DNA of 64,000 nt, taken from NCBI GenBank assembly GCA_030141605.1, contig JAQGDQ010000314.1:214492-278491 (forward strand), written 5' to 3'. The stretch is from Tubiluchus corallicola. Taxonomy: Eukaryota > Animalia > Priapulida. Positions 12,218 to 25,174 of the stretch are shown one piece after another (within the stretch, counting starts at the first letter, position 1; each line of letters opens with the position of its first letter). The position numbers were made by a program, and so were the translations under genes. Under the pieces are notes generated by a model, which did not search any database, was not told the DNA's origin, and was given only the letters and a program-made list of their open reading frames with translations.

Positions 12218-14399
12218 TTAAACATGCGTCAGTTTTTTTAGACTGGCAGTTTTTGCATTTGTCGGTTTTAGTTTGACAGTTTAAAAACTGATCGCGCAAA
12301 CGCTTTCTAAACAGTACATCACCATCCTAACAGTTTAGTATCTCTTATAGGGATCAACTTTCTTACTTACCTAGATTCCGGTCCTACAACAATAATCTGC
12401 ATTTTAAATTAAGACATGATTGCCCCCAGCGCATCTGGGATGTGCACGAATCTCCGACTATCACAGTTCACTGATTTAGATACGTATAAAATCTGCATTA
12501 TCGCAATAGACTGACATTCTCAAAATTTAATAACTAAGCAGGCCTACGTTGTTAATTTCGTGAATCCGATTTAACATATAAAACGAACATGTTCAAAACA
12601 TGGAAGGAAGTTTTACCTTCAAATTTTCAATTTTAATTTAATTACGTTTTTTAGGATCATTTTAATGAATTTGTAATTATTTTTATGCAAGTTTTTTCTT
12701 AGATTTATCTGTAATTATTTAAGTATTTGCATATGGATAATGATGATGATGATGATGATGACGATGATGATAATAATAATAAGTAGTACATAATAATCTG
12801 TAACTGATTACTGGATCAAAACTGTCGGAGTACCAAAAGCATAAAAATATTTATTACTTTTCTGAGATGTGCCACTTTCTGCAGTCGTGCAACTCCATAA
12901 GCCAAATAGTTTTTAGCTTTCAAAAGCATATAAAAGGTACGTTTATATAATGTACCTTGTATAATGTATAGTGTAGTTTATGTTGAGCTTCGTTTAATAG
13001 GATTCACGGGGTTATGAGTGTCACAAATTGACTGTTTTCGACTGATTGGCTTCATTTATCGTTGAATATACCTATTCTACATTCCATTCTAACATTCTTA
13101 TTTAGTCTATTCAACCGATTCAAGCTAACGCCCGGACAAAAATTTTCAACGCCCGAGCTGACTATTGTTATGGTATAATATTTGTAGGGAAAAGTTTAGC
13201 TGAGTTGTTGGCTTTGTATCGCGGCGCCATCTCTTGGTTGTTACGCCAATTGTTTGAACCTTTGCCCAGCAACCAACAATATCATTAATTTCGCCGCTGC
13301 TGCTTTCTGTGAAACGTCCTCACTGCTTTTACACTGCCTTTATCCTCCTAAAAGCCACAGCAGTCACAGCGATTCCATGCATTCTCACTTTGTGCAAATA
13401 CCTTTACACAAATATTTTGCTTCTGCGTGTATAGAAGGTAAACTCTACTTTTCTGGATTCCTGAAAATGGGAGGGTTCACCCTTTGTAGAGTACAAAAAT
13501 GGTCATTTGTATACGAGTATTTTGCCGCTGTTTAAAAATAATCAAATCTTGATGCAGCAGACACCATGCCTTAAATTAACCATGGCAAAAGAAATATCTT
13601 TCGAATATTATTTTGCTGTTGCAGATGGAAAAAGTCTTAGGATGTAGGCTACATTTTTGTCCTATTATAACAAATCTTTAAAGACAAGACCCTGGTCACT
13701 TAATCTATGGTCTCCTGCATTCTCGCGACACTCATTTAACTTATTTCACAGTAATGGGTGTAACACAGTAGTGTATGTTAACGCATTTAGGCGAAGACTT
13801 TAGGATTACCCCAAACGTTTTGACATTTGTATCCTTCTTGTGAGGCCAGATCAATAAAAAATAAGCCACTTTATGCGCTGACTTACTGGTCCGCTCGAAT
13901 TATGACCTTCCATGGAAATGATATTTTGGTGACCTTTGACCTTTATCATGCTCAGGTTCAATCACATTCACTTTTCTGTTCATTTGGCAAATTACAGAGC
14001 TTGTGACAAATTTTCAGATTATGACATTGAAGTGACCTTTCTGGGCTCTTTAATTCTGGACCCATGGTTAGTTGGAAAATATACACGTGCAGTTATTCAC
14101 AGTGTTAATGACCATGCCAAAACATCATTCAAACTGAAAAGTAACAGTTCTACAAAACTACAACGATGATGAGAGCGATGATGGCAACAGCAACAAATAT
14201 ATTAAATCAGTAATGCTGTGCAGTGCAAAAACTTAGATATGCATTGAAAAAAATAATCTTAGGTAGGAAAATTTTGGGCTGAAAAATTTATTTTTCTTTG
14301 CAAAACGATTTACGAGCGAAAAGCAAAACATAATTATCTTGTAAGAAATGGAATAAAATTGTTGAAACTCAGATAAAGAAGCAAGGAAAAGGTAAAGAA

Positions 14400-14549
<150 letters not shown>

Positions 14550-15086
14550 AATAGAACAGAAAGAGAAAGCAAAAAAAGAAAGGAAGGGAGAAAGCAAAAC
14601 GACGGAAAAGAAAGAAAGTAGTAAAAAGAATAAAAATTAGAAGATGAAATAAAGAAAGAAGGGAAAAACAAAGAAAGGAAGCAGCCAAAAACAATGAAGG
14701 AAGTAAGTGGACAGGAAGGAAGGAAAAGCAAGTAAACAAGGAAAAGAGAAATAAAGAGAAAAGAGAGAAAGAAAAGAGATAAAAAACGCTTAGAAAAGCA
14801 AGCAAGCTTGAACGAGTGGGATTAAAAATGACTAGTTGTATCCAACAACAATTTTTAATAAAACAGATCAGGAAAAGTACACAAATCACATTAAACATAA
14901 GCGAACAAGCCAGCAAGCAAACAAACAAACAAAAATAGAAAACAAATTCAACCAAAAAGTGAATAGTTGGCTCCAGACTGGCTGGGAGAAGCGCATTGTT
15001 AGCGATGAAATAGGAAATACAATTGTTTGAACAAAAACTGAAAAACACCCAATGTCACACAAATCGCAGTTTCGTGAAGTAAATAT

Positions 15087-15190
15087 CTTTACAAACGTGT
15101 TTCGGTGCTGAAGAATTTAAAAGAACATTACTTTTACACTTTACAAACGTGCTTCGGTGCTGAAGAATTTAAAAGAACATTACTTTTACA
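15087..15190 (+). repeat. 52-bp tandem duplication (2 copies)
   Basis: CTTTACAAACGTGYTTCGGTGCTGAAGAATTTAAAAGAACATTACTTTTACA occurs at 15087 and 15139 with one substitution. Confidence 0.92.
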
Positions 15191-15364
15191 ATTAAAAGAA
15201 ATTAAAATTAGTTACAGTATAGCTTAATAAATGATTTTAACAATTTTAGTAGAATGATAGATTGGTTTGCTTCCCAATTTAACGCATAGTCTGACACAGA
15301 AAGCTGCAATTACTAAAATATCTTTGTCGCAAATACACCAACTCACCTATACAAATACCGACTT

Positions 15365-15400
15365 GCGGGCGGAGCCTAGTCAAGTGTCCGCCAATCAGCA
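15365..15400 (+). promoter_or_regulatory. Candidate Wnt7 core promoter (GC box + CCAAT box)
   Basis: GGGCGGAG at 15367 and CCAATCAG at 15391 lie in a CpG-containing patch ~600 bp upstream of the Wnt7 ATG. Function is inferred. Confidence 0.45.
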
Positions 15401-15991
15401 GACGTAGGGAAACTTCTTAGGATCACCGCCACCATAGTTGCTCTTCTGACCATATTTTGCCGAAATTTTATCCTTCTGCCTGGTATCCCGCTGAGAGAGG
15501 GACTACACACGCGTGCGGAATCAGGAAATCTTATTTGCTGACCAAGATTTGTTTACTATTTACTAATCATTATCAGTGTATCAGCGATTTTGATAGGCTA
15601 ACACTTGAACTTGTTGAATTCGAGTCGAATTATTGCGTTTCTAAAAAGGATATCCTTTTTTGTGCTCATTTATTCGTATATTAGTAAACCGATCTCAGCA
15701 TAAAAACTGAGAATAAATAGAAAAAAGTGTTTATTGTGTACATCTTGTTGTTCAAAATAACAAATGCTCGAAATAGAAAAGGCGTGACAGTGTTAAGGAA
15801 ACTAGTGTTGTGGAGAGAAAAATTTTGCTTTTTAATGCAAAAATGCTTCTTTTTTCGACTAAAGTGTTTTAAACATATACATGTGAACACAGTGATAATG
15901 CGCGGGGTCCCGCAGGGACACATCCTGCGTCCATTTCTGTTTGACGAGAAATAATAAAATACCGAAAATCCTCGAAAGAGGTCTGGGCAGA

Positions 15992-16074
15992 ATGGTACTT
16001 CCGTTCTGGTCAGGATCGGACGTTCTTATGGTAGGACTGGTTGTCTGTGTTGTACTGACAACAGGGCCGTTATC
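15992..16074 (+). CDS. WNT7: Wnt7 coding exon 1 (signal peptide)
   Basis: MVLPFWSGSDVLMVGLVVCVVLTTGPL(S) is a hydrophobic leader ending TC|GTAAGT. Its phase 2 matches the exon 2 acceptor. Confidence 0.75.
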
Positions 16075-19000
16075 GTAAGTTTGATTAGTTTTAGATAAAA
16101 TTCTAACAAGAATTTTGTTTTATCATTCTCTCTCACGTAGGTCTGAACATGCACAAATATTTCTGAAGCATACATTTTGTTATCACCGTTATCGGTTTAT
16201 TAAAATAATGAAAAGTTTAAATGTTTTTCAAAACGTATTAAAGTAATAATAATATGCTTGAAAGGCTATACGAATTTGTCAAATTAACAAAATATTAACA
16301 CAAAGACAATATTTCGTGTGTGAATATATCAATATCTATAGAATTGAACTATCGACATAATAGCAATTACCTACATAAAAATGGCGTTAACAAATGATAG
16401 AAAAACAAAACAATAATGTTTTTAAAATTAGACATTACTCTTTTCCAAAATGGCACACTTTGTCTTCGATGCATCAACCTCTCAGCCTTGGTAGGTTTTT
16501 TAAAATTCCCCGGACTGGGCAACATTATATTTTTATGTGGTCTGGTTTTTGTCTGGACACAGGAAAAAAACGAAAAGACTCGCGAATAAAAAGGGAAGCA
16601 AACTAGACAAGAAGCGATAAAATTAGGAGTGTTCAAGTTCAACTTCAAATGATATTGTTGAAAGGGATAAAAGCTGCAACATTTTGTAGTCAAATCAAAC
16701 AAATAAATTTTTGTTATGATATTATAGAACTCACAAATGAATGATGATACCGGCCTCCTATAAAACTATATAGGTGTAGCACATAACAAAGCAGTAATCA
16801 TTACTTGGGAAACGTTGTACCTGAAGGCACTGGACATCATTGTACATAAGTGACCAGTAACTGGACTTAAGTGGTCACTGGGGACACTAAGCGCGCCTTA
16901 GTCTTTTCCCATATTCTCGAGTTTTATTTAGAAGCTTATGTAGTTATGTACGCCATGTATAAGCTACCTTTGCTCACTTGAGTTTTGCTAGCACTTAATT
17001 AACAAAACTTTCGGCGCTGACATTTACAAAACATTTGGAGTTTGTAATTGTAAAACTTAGAAAGTCTAACATACAACTTTTCGAGACTGTTATATGTTTT
17101 TTCAAAACTTTTTAAATTTGTTTTTAATTTAAATTTCTTCAACACTTGCTGAGTTTTAATTTAGAAGTTTTTATTGTTAAAGTAGGGATGTGCTGATATC
17201 TATGATTTATTTATATCAGCGCAGTAAACGTTCATCCCTCTAACAATACGCACGTGTAGTTTATTCAATATTAGCTAAAAATTTTAAAAATTATTGTCGA
17301 ATAAAAATAAAAACAGAATCACATAGATTAAAATTACTATAGTCAAAGTCACATGTCGTATTGATACAAACTTTTTGCATAGTTTCAAGAAAAATTGACA
17401 CTTGTATAATTACGCGTAAGAGGCCTGCTATTTATCTGTATCTCAACTGTCTTATTAATGGAAAAAGGCCCATTTCTCTGAACTAGCTTTAATTACACTT
17501 TAACAATAATAACATCAGCTATTTATAATATTAGACAATCTTATCGGTCATTCAACCTGTATATTTATCTAGTTGAATTTCTTTATTAAATTTATGCATT
17601 ATTTGCTTCATTCGATCCATCTAATGATTCATTCATTCATTTCATTCATTCACTGCCAGTTTGTGGAAAAAGAGCAAATTCTTGTTGAGCTATAAGCAGC
17701 GCGCAGCTGTAAAATGTGTTAAACTTACAAAACCTAAATTGTATTTGTACACATAGGCTTTTTAATTGTTGCGACTTGCATTATGCATTTCTGCATAAAT
17801 CATGCATCTGTAGCTGGTATAATGCATGCCTAGGCCACCCGTATATCCAACCAGCAAAACCCTGCAAATCTCTACTAGCACAAGCGCTAGAAAAACACCT
17901 GATTTTTAGAAAAATATTTAACTTTAGTCTGTATATAGTTGTATTATAAGGTCAACCGGCGTGCGAGTGGTGGACAATAAGACCAGCATTCTAGCGCAAG
18001 ACTTTCTGTCTTTTTAAGGACCTTATTTAAACATCAGGCGTGCTGTACGTGTATCATTTGTCACTATTTACATTTTACATTTAAAAGCTATAGAATTTAA
18101 CTAGCGAACAGAGCAAATACCTTTCTACAAACATTTACAATGCTGTATAGGACGAAGCATGGACGAAACTCGATTTTTGACTTTCATCACGTTCATCTAT
18201 TACCTCCTTTTGTATCACCCGTTTTTTTGTCTTTTAATTCAAAGAAATCTTGCGAGAGGCGCAGCAGTCGCGATGTGGTGTTTAGAAACTAATTAGCTCT
18301 ACTGAATGCTTATTTTTTGCCACATTAGCCACATTTTAAAATTTTAATTATTTAATTAAAAGTTACCTCACTGCCAAAAAAGCTTCCATAAACATAAACG
18401 AAAATATAAACAAAAACTGACTGCAAGGTTGTGCATAGTAACTGGAGCTTTTTTTTACTCATACTGGTTTTGTATAAAAAATAAACAATATTAGAGCATC
18501 CAAGTATTCGCGGACAGCAATTTAATAAATAATTTCAATGTTGTTACATCTAATTCATTACACTTAACCCTAACAATATTTGTTTAATGGCGGCTTCTAA
18601 AATATTGCTTATATCTGAGAAAAGTATTTCCGTTTCCTGCTGAGCAGCAAAATATTTAAAAATTGACCGTCTTGTTTCCATTTTCCTATTATGTCTCTAT
18701 GCAGAGCACGAAAAATAATAATTTCGACGAATTAATGATAATAACTGTGAGGATTCTATAAAATGGCAACTTACGTATCCCAAAATTGCAAGACGTTAGG
18801 GGCTAAGACTTGTTATTGGCTTATATAGAATAAGTCACCTTTTCAAGTCTTTACCACATGTTATGTATGTTCTGGGAAAACAGAACGTTTTGCAATTTAC
18901 AATAGGAAAAATTTATACAATAAAATTCTAAAAAGATTAATATTTCAGCAATCCAGTATTGAACCCTGTACCTCTTGGCTGCCGTCATTACAATATTTTC

Positions 19001-19737
19001 TCTTACTGAAACTAATAGATTGAACTGACGGAAAAAGGAACGGAAGGAAAGTTGATATAACGAAAATTTATTTAATTAAAATTAATAAAATAATTATTGC
19101 AGTCATCAAAATAGTTATATTTTATCTAACAATATAGTAGTTGTAATTTTTTAGTTAAAATAATTTCAAAATTAATAACAATAATTAGGAATTTAAACGT
19201 TTTTGTAATTAATAATAGTAATAGTAGTATTAATATTAATAATAATCGCACAAATTGTCGAAGCTGCATGCAAAATTAAACAGAATTTAAGGTTTGTGTG
19301 GTTTAAGCTTCCTAGTTCGCATGACGAAAATAAATTACTCATTTTCACCACCACCCACCATTAGTTCAACAGCTGATTGTGTAAATTGACGCATACTACC
19401 TAGCTTACTCATATAGATCTTAAGTGCTTATATGCACGTACACGTATGAGCTTATTTTAGATAGCGCTCTGTTACCTTTACTATTTGTCATAATTTGTGT
19501 AATTTTAGTACGTTTTGTTTATACTAGAAAACGCGCGTAACAAAGCGGTGATACACCGTAGTTAAATGTCTGCAAATTCGGACTCCTACAAGTTGCGGAT
19601 GTCAACCCACAGGCAGGCACTTGCTTTGAGAGGGTTGTTTAATTTTGTAATAAGTCTATTTGTATATGAAGACAACAAAATAGTCATGATCGAACAGGAA
19701 ATCAAAAGAATCCGTCGCAGTTGTATTTGTGTATGTC

Positions 19738-19949
19738 ATGTTACGTTGTATTATGTTATGTTATGTTGTGTTGTGTTGTGTTGTGTTGTGTTGTGTTGTG
19801 CTGTGCTATGTTATGTTATGTTAAGTTATGTTACGTTACGTTATGTTGTGTTAAGTTATGTTATGTTATGTTATGTTATGCTATGCTATGCTATGCTATG
19901 CTATGCTATGCTATGCTATGTTACGTTACGTTACGTTATGTTATGTTAT
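19738..19949 (+). repeat. Pentanucleotide satellite (TGTTA/TGTTG/TGCTA)n
   Basis: Directly visible compound pentamer array. Confidence 0.95.
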
Positions 19950-21007
19950 TCACATGACCCAAGGCCACTCTTTGGAGGCTCTTGACCCAAGCTATGCTTA
20001 AAGAGTGTGAGTGATGGGCCTATTACATTAAGTGGCTTACAGTGACCATATATAACATCGCGCTATACTCCGTAAGATAAATGTAATTTGTAAAAAAAAA
20101 GGCCGCATTACAATAATACTATAAATAATTTAACTATATTAGTTTACGCTTATCCAAGTGATTTCTAGTCTTCAAAATTGTAAATTTAGTACAAGAATAG
20201 TAGCAGCAAGCTTTGCAGGAAATTTAGGCAAATCAAGTAACTGGAATTCTCTTCTAAATTTAGGCAAATCACGCAGGTAATTGTAATCCCTTCTTGGTTG
20301 TGCAGTCTTTAATTTGATTAGTTTTTAACCTTAGCTGAAAAGTTTTATTTATTCGTCAATGACATAAGCTCTTGTAGCTTGTAATTGTGTATGTTCTTAA
20401 AATCGACGTAAAATAAATGCTTATCTTATCTTATCTTGTCTTATCTTATCTTATCTTATGATGAAGGCTATTTCTTTGAAAGTTTTTACCTTAAACAATA
20501 AAATATTAAATAGCATATAGCTAATAAACTGGCTACATTACATTAGAAACAAGAAGATGTTAAAATTTTACACTGATTTTTTTTACTTACTGTATTACCA
20601 CATCGGTAAACACTAAACGCAATGTTTCGTGATTTTTGTGCTTTTAGTGATAATTTAACATTCCTGTTTTCTTTTGTGCTTCGTGGTTCATTTGTCGTTA
20701 TAAATTAAAACCTAGTAGTAATGCCAGTTGGTGCTTTTTGAATTTTTTTGTTTTCTTACATATATATATATATATACAGCGCGTTTAAATTGTTTTACAT
20801 ACTACACTCAGTGAGTCTTTCTGCTTTATTATGGTGAAATTTCTTCATCAATATAGCCCTGATGCCTTTGTATGGTGGCTTTGCAGTGTTCAGACTGTAC
20901 TTAGACGTACGTCTGTACTATAATAGTGCCTGGAGGATATACTTGGCATGTAAAGACGTAGGCTTATGTACAGGTTAATTATTATTCATAGTAGATACGC
21001 CCATTGT

Positions 21008-21150
<143 letters not shown>

Positions 21151-22236
21151 CGTGCCATATTAGTCAAAAAAGACATTTTCGCCATACGAAATAATAGTAA
21201 CACATGCAAAAGTTTGTAGCTATAGTAATCGCAACGCCATGCTATTGTAATATTAGCACGCTGCATTAAATGAGTAATAAAAATCTAATATGGCACGATA
21301 GCTGTTTTGTGGGCGGAGCTTTTTTATGTAGATCGCCCAAACAAAATCAGTGTGGCTAGTAATAGTAACGAGTTACAGCAAAAAGATGGAAATGTGACTA
21401 CAGAATATTCTTCTTGCTGTGTTTCCCTGATTGTAGTTATCATGGAAACAACTCTCTTGTAAAGAACTGCACAGAAATGGTATGGAAAAACAATGGTTTC
21501 GTTTTTTTCAACCTACAAGTAACTACTGACTGTTTAAAGTTTATAAACCTGTAGTCTAACACCAAAACTTCACTGAGTTGCACAGAAATAAATGTAAATA
21601 CTTTTTTTTTAGCATTAAGTTTCATCATATCGCCAGTGAAAACACAAATTCTCGAACATAAAATGCAATAAATTAACTTTGCTTATTTATACAATAGTTC
21701 GAGGCATAACAGACGAAGCGAAAATGTCAAACTTGCATAACTTAATTATCATGTAACATCGTAATATTCCCAATAAAATACACATTTACGTTATCAAATA
21801 ATTAAGGCTGTTTATTTGCAAACTGCGTCAATGATTATCCCGAGAAAGCCTGTTCTTTAAAAACATTAGTGGGATAATTATTGCAAGACTACAGGAAAAT
21901 TATACACCTTACCAATTTTCGGCATTTAAAAATAATTTTGTTAGATTTTTTTTAAATAAAAAGAGATATATCTAGAGTAATTATGCAAAAATTAAAAACT
22001 CAAAACTAATAACAAATGTTTTAACCACAAACAAGGCTACAAACATACTATGATGAAAAACGTTTATACCTACATCATTTTTACTAAGCCAGTGAGTTCC
22101 CTAGGAACTTAATGAAGAACTTACGGAAAAGATTTTAAAAATTACATATAATTAAATTTAAGATACGCACACACTGTAGGCTCACAATGTAGACTAATGT
22201 TGGCAAAGCATCAGAAACATCATCGCCGTCGCCGTC

Positions 22237-22362
22237 ATTATCATTCATCACCCATCGTCGTAGTCATCATCATCATCACCACCATCGCCATCATCATCAT
22301 CATCATCACCATCATCCTCATCATTATCATCATCAACAACAACATCATCATCAACATCATCA
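22237..22362 (+). repeat. Imperfect (CAT)n repeat
   Basis: Directly visible just upstream of Wnt7 exon 2. Confidence 0.9.
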
Positions 22363-22434
22363 CCAAAAGTCACCAAATTCCTTTGTCATGGACATGCCAT
22401 TCTAAAAGGCTTTTTTCCTTTTTCCTTATTTCAG

Positions 22435-22658
22435 AGCTCTGTCTGTTGTAGCGCTGGGCGCCAACATCATCTGCAACCGCATCCCGGGTTTGGCGCCGCA
22501 GCAGCGGGCAATCTGCCAGTCCCGACCGGACGCCTTGGTGGCGATCAGTGAAGGAACAAGGATAGGGATACGTGAATGTCAATATCAGTTCAAGAGCATG
22601 AGGTGGAACTGCAGTATTGAGCAGGCTGACACTGTCTTTGGGCACATTGTGGTTATGG
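22435..22658 (+). CDS. WNT7: Wnt7 coding exon 2
   Basis: TTTCAG|[76 protein letters not shown]|GTAAGT. The [26 protein letters not shown] motif is diagnostic of Wnt7. This exon is missed by the ORF track. Confidence 0.97.
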
Positions 22659-22801
22659 GTAAGTAGTTTACCCTCTGAGTTACCTATTACATTTTATCTA
22701 TGACCAATTGTTGGGTCTCCTTTAATGCCTTTTCTCTGAAATTTCAAATTACACTTTCTACCTTTTCTACTCTACCATGCTGTTGATGCTACTTCTGCTG
22801 C

Positions 22802-22819
22802 TGTTGTTGTTGTTGTTGC

Positions 22820-22868
<49 letters not shown>

Positions 22869-22875
22869 GCTTGTT
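22802..22875 (+). repeat. (GTT)n microsatellite
   Basis: Directly visible; explains the poly-Leu pseudo-ORF. Confidence 0.95.
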
Positions 22876-24000
22876 GCAGTTGCTATTGCTCTTGTTGTTT
22901 GTCGCTGCTATTGCTGTTGTTGTACTTGCTGTTATTGTTTCATCTTGTTATCATCATCATTATTTATAGTCATAACACAATTTGTAATATCAGTCATGCT
23001 TTATAATTTAAGGTTTAAAAACAACAAGAATCAGATAACGTTGGTAAAAATTCTATTAATTCCAACGTATTGGTAGTAACAGCAGAGTTGTCTTTGTAAA
23101 CGATGGCACTAGCCAATCGGCGTTTTTACAATGATCTAACTCTATCGTGCAGTCCACAGGATTAGCCTAAACATTCACCACACACAAAAATGCCTTAATG
23201 CAGACGTAATGATAACTTTGGTACATTACTAAGCCCATTTCGACAAGCTAAGCGCTTGGACAAACACTAAATCGGCTCAAGTGGTCAAACACATTAAACG
23301 TGACCGGACGCAAGCCACTAGAATGATTACTACCTCTTCTAGAGACCACACCTGTGGATAACGAAATGCTCTGATTTAGCTACATTCCTTATGCTGGCTT
23401 TTGAACTTAATCTGAATGAGCAGCAAAGACACCTGAGTGACAGCCTGGAAAACACCGGCACATGTTTGAAGAATGGACGATTTTCATGATAGCTATTTAT
23501 CGAAAATTAATTAAAAATGCATTAAAAATATTTATTGTCCGGTGTCAGAAAAATAAGATTTTCTATTTTCTCTGTGTTCATGCTGCCACTACTGTTCTTA
23601 GTGGTTAACATTTTCTAATGTGGCACACTAAATTTTGTTTATCTATTTTGTCTGTCATTCGCTAAAATTTTAAAGTCAAATGCTTGCATGCGTCAGAGTT
23701 CGTTTTTTGTTTAAGATAAATTACCAAGCTCGCTGAAAATATAGATCAGAGGAGCCCAAATCGGGATTTTCCAACACAAAACAAAGACACCAAAATAAGA
23801 AGCTGAAAAGAGTTAAGCCTAACTTTTTCTCGCGGAAACAAACCGGTCAAAATTCTACAAAAGTAATCAAAAACGCAACTTTACCGATTTTTTTTATTCA
23901 GAAAGCGCGGCAACAAATTGAACTAATAAGGCCCTAATCAAAACTTTTAATAAGCTCGTTTCAATGGTAATTTAACATCTTGTAAATAGTTTGAAAACGG

Positions 24001-24233
24001 CCCAGGAAGCATGACAAAATTTCCACAATGTTGTCATAATATTGTTTTCGCAAATATTGGGACAATATTGAAATGTGAACTTGCCACAACATTGTACCAA
24101 TATTTTTGACAATATTTTTTCCACATTGTGACAATGTTGTGACAATACTGGTAACCGTATTGTCAAACAATATTAAAAATATTGGTACAATCTTGTGGTA
24201 AGTTCACATTTGTAAAACTTGGACATGCCTGGG
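24001..24233. mobile_element. Small CCCAG..CTGGG-ended MITE (EnSpm/CACTA-like) with internal ACAATATTG repeats
   Basis: CCCAGGAAGCATG...CATGCCTGGG termini and tandem ACAAYRTTG(T) subterminal units. Confidence 0.55.
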
Positions 24234-24984
24234 ACAGGCCTGTAGCTCTTTTTCTCTGAAATTCAATTACTTTCTCTGTAGGCGTGAAATCTCTAATAAA
24301 TCCCGATCCATATTCACACCAGAATACTCTGCAATCACTGAATCATTTAGGCTACTGCTCACTCCGTTGTCATTGTAAAAGCTGCGTATTATCGGGAGAA
24401 TCAGTGTCCTCGAACAATAGGCCAGCTTTACCGCAGTCAATTCGGCTTTATTGTTTTCGACTTAGCCCGCTGTAATCTCTCTTTGATGAGTGCTAAATTT
24501 GTAAATGATACCCTCGGTTAGCAGCTGTCGTGTGCCCCTACTCCAAACTCTAGTGCCAAAAGTTTATTCAAAACCGCCAGGCAAATAAGCTTATTGTTTA
24601 ATAATCTAGTTAAGCAGTTAAAATCCGTTGACTTACTTATTCATATGGTAATTGTTATTATGCCGAATCTACTTGGTAAACATTAGTGAAAGTGATGGAC
24701 AGATCCTTTAGTCTGCTGCATATCAACGAATTTAAATAATTTACCAGTATAGTATATCATACGAGTTCATCGAAATTATTTAACTATTTCTTTTGTTATT
24801 ACTAACAGGTAAAATTTTTTGCAAACATCGAATAATCTTACAAAGTTTTAAATTAAATAAATGTCATATCAGCTGAAGCTACTATAAATGTTACAGGATA
24901 CAATGTTTATGAAAAGCTTTTGCAACTTTCAGCTACTCCAGTTTAGAAAAGCATGTATTCGACATTACACAGCATTAGTATACG

Positions 24985-25174
<190 letters not shown>

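Larger units (their letters stand above)
7015..12492 (-). pseudogene. Multi-exon PAN/apple-like + pentraxin-domain gene carrying a frameshift and a probable nonsense codon
   Basis: Exons are 12371-12492 (tentative, in-frame TAA at 12409-12411), ~11426-11608 (CYQIENCRSFS..LCYL, PAN-like; acceptor unclear), 11162-11207, 8445-8691 (EFPTPSTTDY..AFSFCGWLK) and 7015-7421 (DDEWHFICV, frameshift, then ..FHVD..LFIGQ..AFQGKIAGFNFYDYILSNEEI..GNLLAW). Splice phases from 11426 downstream are mutually consistent, with GT-AG sites. Confidence 0.7.

Noticed and set aside
24001-24233. Repeat array superficially like CRISPR
   Set aside because: Eukaryotic context, short degenerate units without unique spacers; fits MITE subterminal repeats.
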